A stretch of DNA of 64,000 nucleotides from Candidatus Krumholzibacteriia bacterium (lineage in GTDB: Bacteria > Krumholzibacteriota > Krumholzibacteriia > JAJRXK01), in assembly GCA_041484665.1 (NCBI GenBank), contig JBGPIA010000013.1, positions 62,323-126,322 on the forward strand, written 5' to 3'. Of the stretch, positions 57,311 to 64,000 are shown one piece after another (the first letter of the stretch is position 1; every line of letters begins with the position of its first letter). Under the pieces are notes generated by a model. That model had not been told where the DNA came from. It worked only from the letters and a program-made list of their open reading frames with translations, and did not search any database. Both the position numbers and the translations under genes were made by a program.

Positions 57311-59140
57311 CTACTGCCGCGCCAGCTGCTCGAGCATGCGCTGGGCGTTGCGGAACCCCGGCTCCACCTCCAGCGCCTTGCGGTAGCAGGCGATGGCGTG
57401 CTCGCGGTCGCCCGCCTGCAGGTACGCCTCGCCGAGGCTGTCGTGCACATTCGGCGAGCGTGGGTACGAATCAGCGTTGAGGCGGAAGGCGGCGATCGCG
57501 GCCTCAGTCTGGTGCTGGCCCAGAAGCTCGTAGCCGGCGCGGTTGATCTCGGCCTCGGTCGTCTTGCCCCAGCGGTCGGGGTGGCGTTGCTTGTGCTCGC
57601 GGTAGAACACCTCGGCCGCCGCGGCCCCTTCGCGCACGATCCTCGCCTTGAGCTGCTCGCCCAGTGTCTGCTCCGGCGACCAGGCCAGGATCGCCTCCAG
57701 CGCCGGGTCGCGATTGGCGCGATACGCCGCGAAGGTGGGCGGAGCCGGCAGGTCCGGCGCAACCCACGGCCGGCGGTCGTAGGGCGTGGAGTCCTGCCAC
57801 AGGTACTGGGAAATGCGCACCTCCAGGCCGCTGTGGGGAAGGGTGATCGTCGTGGCGTCGCCGTAGTGGTTCGGGCGCCCACCGGGCGGCTCGCCCACGA
57901 ACAACGTGTTGGTATGCACCTCCAACCGCGTGACGCAGTTCATCCCGGCCGAGAAGGTGGCGCGCCCGGTGATGGTGAAGAGGTGCCCGCGCCGATTGAT
58001 CGCGTCACGCTTGATCAGGCCGTGGATCAGCGGCCACTCCAGCGTGTTGTTGCCGCCGGGATTGTCGCGCAGGTCGATGACGAGCTTGTCCACGGCGTGG
58101 CTGTCGGCGAACGCGAAGAAGCGCGCAAAGAAGGCGGGCAACGGCTCGTCAGGCGCATGCTGCACCTGGTTGAACTTGAAGTAGAGCAGGTGCTCGTTGG
58201 GAAGGTACTCGAACCAGAAGTTCTTCTGGGGGTCGCGCCGGCAAAGCGGCGTGGGCGCCGGCGCTGGGTCGTGTGCCGTGACGAAATCCCCGCCCGGGAC
58301 CCCCTCGCTGCCGAAGTACCAGGTCGGCCACGGCTCCGTGGTCTTGATGGCCTCTGCTGTGAAGTCCTGCTTCTTGCCCGAGTCGAGCTGCACCTGGTAG
58401 GAGATCCGGTCGGCCTGCGGGCAGACGCCCAGGGCGTGCAGGATCGCCGGCATGGTCAGCAACAGGGGAGACCGGTCGAGGCTGGACTGCTCGTTGTCAC
58501 AGCTGACGATCTCCTGCGCGCGCCGCAGGGCCTCCTCGGCCGACAGCGTGCCGATGCGCAGCACCTTCGCGCCGACATACGGAGCGTAGCTTCGCGCGGC
58601 AGCCTGGATGAACAGGCCCTCCTCGAAGCTCTGCACGCGCACCGGGACGACGTCCCGACACTCCTCGCCCATCGGCCAGATCCCGGTGTGGCCGTCCTGG
58701 AGGCGGGCCGTGAGTCGCATCAGCTCCACGAGCAGCTGGACGTCGTCGAGCTGCGGCAGGCGCGCCTCGAGGGCGCGCGTGGCCGAGTCGAACGCCGCCT
58801 GAGAGGTCATGGTGAAGGGCGCGGGGTGGATCTGGCGCAGCTGCTGCACGAGGACGTGGAGGTCCTCGCGCCGATCTTCGTCGCGCGTTGTGGCGTACGC
58901 TGCCATGGCAGGAAGCAGCCAGGCGACGGCGAGGGTTGCGGACAGAGTGGCGGCCAGGGTCGCAGCTCCGGCTACGGCTTGGGCTACGGCTCGGGCTGCG
59001 GCGTGGGCAGTGGCGTGGGCTGTGGCTTGGGCTGTGGCTTGGGCTGAAGCTCGGGGCAGGGCTTGGGCTGCGCATTGGACCGCGGCCGGCGCTGGCAGCC
59101 GCCGCGGCCCTGGCCGGTGGTCCAGGCGCCAGTGGGACAT
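57311..59140 (-). CDS. S41-like peptidase with C-terminal TPR (start uncertain)
   Basis: DGHT, VIDLRDNPGG, TFSAG, VGEPPGG, C-terminal NVHDSLGEAY TPR. Confidence 0.8.
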   Translation of the reverse strand: MSHWRLDHRPGPRRLPAPAAVQCAAQALPRASAQATAQATAHATAHAAARAVAQAVAGAATLAATLSATLAVAWLLPAMAAYATTRDEDRREDLHVLVQQLRQIHPAPFTMTSQAAFDSATRALEARLPQLDDVQLLVELMRLTARLQDGHTGIWPMGEECRDVVPVRVQSFEEGLFIQAAARSYAPYVGAKVLRIGTLSAEEALRRAQEIVSCDNEQSSLDRSPLLLTMPAILHALGVCPQADRISYQVQLDSGKKQDFTAEAIKTTEPWPTWYFGSEGVPGGDFVTAHDPAPAPTPLCRRDPQKNFWFEYLPNEHLLYFKFNQVQHAPDEPLPAFFARFFAFADSHAVDKLVIDLRDNPGGNNTLEWPLIHGLIKRDAINRRGHLFTITGRATFSAGMNCVTRLEVHTNTLFVGEPPGGRPNHYGDATTITLPHSGLEVRISQYLWQDSTPYDRRPWVAPDLPAPPTFAAYRANRDPALEAILAWSPEQTLGEQLKARIVREGAAAAEVFYREHKQRHPDRWGKTTEAEINRAGYELLGQHQTEAAIAAFRLNADSYPRSPNVHDSLGEAYLQAGDREHAIACYRKALEVEPGFRNAQRMLEQLARQ

Positions 59141-59425
59141 GGAGCGACCTTCGGGCGACATTCGCGGTTCCAGGGGGCTGACACACGAGCCTACGAGGTC
59201 GGCGCGCGCGAGGTTCCGTCGGAGCGGGGCCCTGCTGCATTCGCATCGGCCAAGGCGATCTTGACCGGCTGCGCGGCGGGCTCCTAGCATCGCAGATCGC
59301 TGCAGCGCCTGTGCGCCCGTTCGCCTGAGTGCCCCACCGCCCTGGCCCCGCGGCGCTTCAGCACCAAGTCGCCTGCACCCCTGGTTGCGAGCCCGCCGCG
59401 TACGCCCCCCCGACAGGAGCCCGCT

Positions 59426-60538
59426 ATGCCCCAGCCCAAGTGGCACGACCTCGGCCCCGCCGATCAACTTGCTCGCCAGCCGCTGCAGCAGGCCCTGGCG
59501 CAGAAGACCCGGCTGGCGCTGATCTACCAGGAGGGGCAGTTCAGCGCGGTCTCGGGCGTGTGCAACCATGCGGGCGGCCCGTTGGGGGAGGGGCGCCTGG
59601 ACGGCGAGTATATCGTGTGCCCCTGGCACAACTGGAAGTTTCACTGCCGCACCGGACTGGGGGAGCCGGGCTTCGAGGAGGACGCGGTCCCGCGCTACGA
59701 GGTCAAGGTCGACAACGGCCACGTGTGGGTGAACCTCGAGCCGTCGAGCAAGCGCACCTACGCGCAGCACGCGCCACATCCGCTGGCGCGTCCATTGAAG
59801 CGCGAGGATGGGCCTGTGCGCGTGGTGGGCGTCGCGACCGCGATCATGGACCGCGCCAACCCGCGTTACTCGACCTCCGACGCGCTGCTGCAGACCGCCC
59901 TCGACCATGCGCGCGACGAGCTCAAGCTGCCCACGCGTCTGATCCAGTTGCGCGACCTGTCCTTCCGCGCGTGCGAGGGTTACTACTCCAAGAGTGCCCA
60001 GGCCTGCACCTGGCCCTGCTCGATCACGCAGATGGATCCTGGCGACCAGATGGAGCAGGTGTACGAGGCGTTCGTCCACTGGGCAGACGTCATCGTGGTG
60101 GCGACGCCGATCCGCTGGGGTGCGGCGAGCTCACTCTACTACAAGATGGTCGAGCGCATGAATTGCGTGCAGAACCAGCAGACCATCGCCAACCGCGAGC
60201 TGATGTGCAACAAGACCGCGGCCTTCATCATCACCGGCGGCCAGGACAACGTGCAGGCGGTGGCGGGGCAGCTGCTGGGTTTCTTCGCCGAGATCGGCTG
60301 CCAGTTCCCGCCGTTCCCCTACATCGCGCACTCGCGAGGCTGGTCGGCCGAGGACATGGAGCGCAACGTCGAGTACGTGCGCAAGAGCAAGGAGCTGCAC
60401 GACGGCGCCCGCGCGCTGGTCGCGCGCGCAGTGGACACCGCGCACGTGCTGCTGGCAGGGGCCGGCGAGCACGTGGGGGAGCGCATGCCGCGGGGCGGGC
60501 GCAAGGCTCACGAGCTGGACGTGCGGGCGCAGATCTGA
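59426..60538 (+). CDS. Rieske [2Fe-2S] - NADPH-dependent FMN reductase/flavodoxin fusion
   Basis: CNHAGGPL...CPWH Rieske ligands; CEGYYS...CTWPC, VATPIRWG. Confidence 0.85.
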   Translation: MPQPKWHDLGPADQLARQPLQQALAQKTRLALIYQEGQFSAVSGVCNHAGGPLGEGRLDGEYIVCPWHNWKFHCRTGLGEPGFEEDAVPRYEVKVDNGHVWVNLEPSSKRTYAQHAPHPLARPLKREDGPVRVVGVATAIMDRANPRYSTSDALLQTALDHARDELKLPTRLIQLRDLSFRACEGYYSKSAQACTWPCSITQMDPGDQMEQVYEAFVHWADVIVVATPIRWGAASSLYYKMVERMNCVQNQQTIANRELMCNKTAAFIITGGQDNVQAVAGQLLGFFAEIGCQFPPFPYIAHSRGWSAEDMERNVEYVRKSKELHDGARALVARAVDTAHVLLAGAGEHVGERMPRGGRKAHELDVRAQI

Positions 60539-60819
60539 CCGCGGGAGCCCCCGCTCCCTCGGTATCGAGCGCGGCTGTCGCTGGCGGGGCGACCCGAGTC
60601 GACGGAACGTCTGAGCGGCACACCCATCCTCCGCGCGCGCCGGTGGCTGTGCAAGGGCAACGTCCCCGACGCTCCACCGGCCGACTCACGCGCGGTCCCG
60701 CCCGCCCGCTCGGCCCGCCCGGGCTGGCACATTTCTCGCACAATCTATTTGCTTTTCACAACTTCCGCGCTCTGCGGGCGCTCGTTTGCGTGGCTTCTTG
60801 ATCTGGCGCCGGGGTCGCG

Positions 60820-61121
60820 GCATGATCGGGCCGCAGGCGGAGAGCGAGTTGTTCCTGGGGGTGAGGTGTTCCAGGATCGACACGCTCTACGGCGCCTGCG
60901 CGGCGCAGCATCGGCGGAGGCACGCCCTGGCCTGCCGGTGTGCGACCGTCCCGGGCACGCCACGCTCCTGTTCTTGGTATGCTCCGACGGCCGGTCGGTG
61001 CATGATCGGGCGCTCGAGCTGGTGGCCGAGCCGGTCCGGATCGCGGGCCGGGTCGTCCGCAGGGGAGACCGTGCTCCTGCTGGAAGCGGACCTCCAGACC
61101 CAGAGGCGGCTGCGAGCATGA
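60820..61121 (+). pseudogene. Degraded fragment of a conserved hypothetical gene
   Basis: Frame-switching pieces FLGV, GACAA, IGGGTP, VAEPVRIAGRVVRRG, LLEAD; similarity recalled from memory only. Confidence 0.4.
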
Positions 61122-62023
61122 CGCTGCAACCCGATCCGACGCCAACGCGGGGCGCCTCGGCACAAACGGCGCTCGGATCGTTCGATCAGGCCACCCACCC
61201 GCCGGTCATCCTGTACCCCCCCTTCCCCGAGTATCTGCCCGACGCGGACTTCGAGACCGCGCGCTACAGCTGCCGCTTCGCGCGCACAGCCGGGGACCTC
61301 GATACGATCCAGCGGCTGCGCTACGAGGTCTTCAACCTCGAGCTGGGAGAGGGACTGGCCGAATCCCACCTCACCCGACGCGACCGCGACCCGTTCGACT
61401 CCCAGTGCCACCATCTGATGACCTTCCACCGCGACGTGGATGCGGTGGTAGGTACTTACCGACTCCAGACCAACGAGGCGGCGGCGACCGCGGGAGGGTT
61501 CTACTCGGCGACCGAGTTCGACCTCGGCGGCCTCCCGCATGAGGTCCGTAACGGCGCGGTGGAAATCGGCCGGGCGTGCATCTCCAAGCCCCACCGCAAC
61601 TCCCGGGTGCTGCACCTTTTGTGGCAGGGATTGGTGGCGTACATGCAGCACAACCGCAAGCGCTACCTGTTCGGCTGCAGCTCCGTCACCACCCAGGATC
61701 CCCTGGAGGCAGCGCGGGTGCTGGAGAAGCTGCGGCGCGATGGGTACGTCCATCCCACGATTGTCGTGCGCCCCCAGTCGTGGTGCGCGTGCGTCGACGA
61801 GGCAACCCCGACCGACGGTTGGGAGGACGCGCACATCCCCATCCTGTTCCACACCTACCTGCGCCACGGCGCGAAGATCTGCGGGACTCCCGCCATCGAC
61901 CGCGCGTTCAAGACCATCGACTTCCTCACGTTCATCGATCTGGAGGGGGTTGACACGACCAACTTCGAGCAGGACCGGCGGGCCGCGCGCCCGCGGAAGG
62001 AAGACCCGGGCTCGGCACCATGA
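61118..62023 (+). CDS. GNAT N-acyltransferase, OlsB-like
   Basis: QRLRYEVFNLE, DRDPFD, VVGTYRL, EIGRACI, YLFGCSS, PAIDRAF.TIDF. Confidence 0.85.
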   Translation: MTLQPDPTPTRGASAQTALGSFDQATHPPVILYPPFPEYLPDADFETARYSCRFARTAGDLDTIQRLRYEVFNLELGEGLAESHLTRRDRDPFDSQCHHLMTFHRDVDAVVGTYRLQTNEAAATAGGFYSATEFDLGGLPHEVRNGAVEIGRACISKPHRNSRVLHLLWQGLVAYMQHNRKRYLFGCSSVTTQDPLEAARVLEKLRRDGYVHPTIVVRPQSWCACVDEATPTDGWEDAHIPILFHTYLRHGAKICGTPAIDRAFKTIDFLTFIDLEGVDTTNFEQDRRAARPRKEDPGSAP

Positions 62024-62802
62024 GGGCCGTGCGCAGGGTTTTCCGCCTGGTCACCGGGCTCCTGTTTCTGCCGGCCATGTACATCCTCTGGTCGCCGGCT
62101 CTGGCATTCGGAGCGCTATCGCCGCGGCACCGGGCAAGCCTGCAGGCCCGTTGCCTGCGCGCGGTGGCTCGGGGCCTGATCTGGATCATGGGCGTGAGGG
62201 TCAAGACGGTCGGGGACGTTCCCCGGCCGCCGTTCTTCTTGGTGTCCAACCATCTGAGCTACATCGACATTCTCGTGATCGGGTCGCAGGCGGAGTGTTT
62301 CTTCGTGAGCAAGGCCGAGGTGGCGCGGTGGCCGGTGATCGGACTGATGGTCCAGCTGGTCGGCACACGGTTCGTCGACCGGGCCCGCAAGGGGGACCTG
62401 GCGCGCGTAATGGAAGAGGTCAAGACGCTGATCGCGCACGGTCAAGGCGTGGTCTTCTTCCCGGAAGGCACCAGTAGCGGCGGGCGCAACGTGCTGCCGT
62501 TCAAGTCGTCGCTGTTCGAGGCAGCCGTACAGGCGCAGTGCCCTGTGCGTTGCGCGAGCCTGAGCTATCAGACCCATCCCGGCAGCCCGTCGGCCGAGAC
62601 GGCGGTGTGCTGGTGGGGGGACGTGACGTTCGTGGGGCATCTCATGCAGCTCCTGGGCCTGCCTCGCGTGGAGGCACGGGTGGCGTTCGCACCGCAGGCG
62701 CTGGCTGGCGGCGAGCGCAAGGAGCTCGCGGCCCGCGCCCACGAGACTGTCCAGTCCCTATTCGTCCCTTGCGGGGTGGGCGCCGAGGGCGCGCCCTGCT
62801 AA
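62020..62802 (+). CDS. Lysophospholipid / lyso-ornithine lipid acyltransferase, OlsA-like
   Basis: NHLSYID, SKAEVARWP, FPEGTS, CWWGD. Confidence 0.85.
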   Translation: MRAVRRVFRLVTGLLFLPAMYILWSPALAFGALSPRHRASLQARCLRAVARGLIWIMGVRVKTVGDVPRPPFFLVSNHLSYIDILVIGSQAECFFVSKAEVARWPVIGLMVQLVGTRFVDRARKGDLARVMEEVKTLIAHGQGVVFFPEGTSSGGRNVLPFKSSLFEAAVQAQCPVRCASLSYQTHPGSPSAETAVCWWGDVTFVGHLMQLLGLPRVEARVAFAPQALAGGERKELAARAHETVQSLFVPCGVGAEGAPC

Positions 62803-63584
62803 GCCGAAGCGTAATTGTCGACCTGCGCGATCACGGACGTTCGCCGCCGTGCGGGAGTTGCACAGCGCGTGGTCGCTAGCGTTGCCGACGTTCGCATGCG
62901 CTGTTGGTTTCGGCCGCGCGCCGTCGAAACCGGCCGTTCGCAGTCGGGTGCCACGTCCACCGCCTCAGCCGAACCGTCCGTCCGCGGTGCGGCTCGGCGC
63001 TGACCGCCCGATCCAATTCGGCCGTTCACACCCGACCATTCCGCGCAGCGCATCCGAACCGCCTCCAAGTTATTCGGCCGACGCGCGCTACCCTGCCTCT
63101 ACACTCATCTCTGAATGTGACGGACGTGGCACTCGGCACAGCGTCGTACTGCCCTGCCCGACGCCGACCGCGTGCCGTTGCGCATCCGCTGCCACAACGC
63201 GGGTTCGGTCACCCGGGACAAAGCACCCCGCGTGCCGAATTCCGCTGCACGCCATGGTGACCGTGACCAGTTGTGAATCCACAAGTTACATGAAGCCGCG
63301 CCGCACGTGACATCGCGCCGAGTTGACACGGGTGTAATCCCAGCCGGGCACGAGCTCAGCGTTGCGTGGATAATCTCATCAGTCACACGGGGATGTGCGT
63401 GTGTAATGAGTTCAGGACACTTCCCTGGGACCAGGATACACCATTGGCACGTTCGCGAGATTGACCCGTGGGCCCGGCTTGTCGTCAGCGGAGAAGCCGG
63501 AGGTGGAGTCGAGTGTGGCCGACAACGGGCCTAGATCTATCGGCGCTTCGGGCTCCTGAATCGACGTCAGAGTGAAATCTGCGC

Positions 63585-63860
63585 TCAGCGATAGCGGGCC
63601 TTGAGCTCTCCGATGCTGAAGTCCCGCGCGCTCACGATCCTATCGAGCGTAAGGCTGAGGCTTACGTTGCCTTCTGCGAAGTCCGTCATGCCTGAGGGCG
63701 GGGCAACGCGGCGCAGGAAGATCGAAGTGAGAGGAAGGCTGAAGTCCCCGACAATTGGGAAGAGGTTCTCGTCGAGCCGCAGATCGACGACATCATCCGA
63801 TCGATTCGTTGCCATCTCGAGGCTGAAGCCTTGCGGCGCAGATCCCCGGGCAAGAAAGAG
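63585..63860 (-). pseudogene. Probable 3' remnant of a gene interrupted by the IS
   Basis: Reading frame is open from the IS junction (LFLARG...) to the stop at 63585. Confidence 0.45.
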
Positions 63861-64000
63861 GGCGCTTCGGACTTTCTGGTGGGTGAGTAAGGAAGCCGGC
63901 GTCTGCTGAGGCGGCCGTCGGAATCGTTGAAACCCCAGGCTGGTTGGTGGTAGATGCTGGGGGCATGCGAGACAAAGAGCTCTACGCCACCATCCTTGGA
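63861..64000 (+). mobile_element. ISL3-family IS, left end and transposase start (ATG 63965, truncated)
   Basis: MRDKELYATILG resembles ISL3 transposase N-termini; GGCGCTTCGGACTTTCTGGTGGGT resembles an ISL3 terminal inverted repeat. Confidence 0.65.

Noticed and set aside
62803..63580. Integron attC cassettes or tRNA attachment site
   Set aside because: No convincing attC arm pairing or tRNA cloverleaf found

Overview
Very GC-rich bacterial chromosomal window; a secreted protein with a C-terminal FlgD-Ig/T9SS-type sorting domain points tentatively to an FCB-group or Eisenbacteria-like lineage (inference). Left to right it holds: a TPR-CHAT protease whose 3' end is duplicated around a secreted repeat protein; three secreted proteins; a class IV aminotransferase; a ynbA/ynbB/acyltransferase lipid operon; and an aerobic benzoyl-CoA (box) cluster. 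Further on are a broken TonB receptor, an NTT-HEAT/cNMP/Ser-Thr kinase operon, znuACB plus a permease, an M14 peptidase, a split MprF and a TolC-MacA-MacB-type exporter with a divergent OmpR-type two-component system. The right part has an ECF sigma/anti-sigma/DUF4097 operon, moaA, an amidase-like gene with a lipoprotein, EamA, an S41-TPR peptidase, a Rieske-flavoprotein fusion, an OlsB/OlsA-like pair and the start of an ISL3 element. The most interesting observation is that the box cluster (boxR, boxC, boxB) has no boxA. A thioredoxin-like [2Fe-2S] ferredoxin and a stand-alone NuoF-like flavoprotein sit in its place, suggesting an alternative reductase for the BoxB epoxidase, and two near-identical 40-bp palindromic repeats bracket the boxR-boxC-boxB-ferredoxin block. 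No rRNA, tRNA or CRISPR array was seen. All calls come from motif recognition by eye, without database searches.
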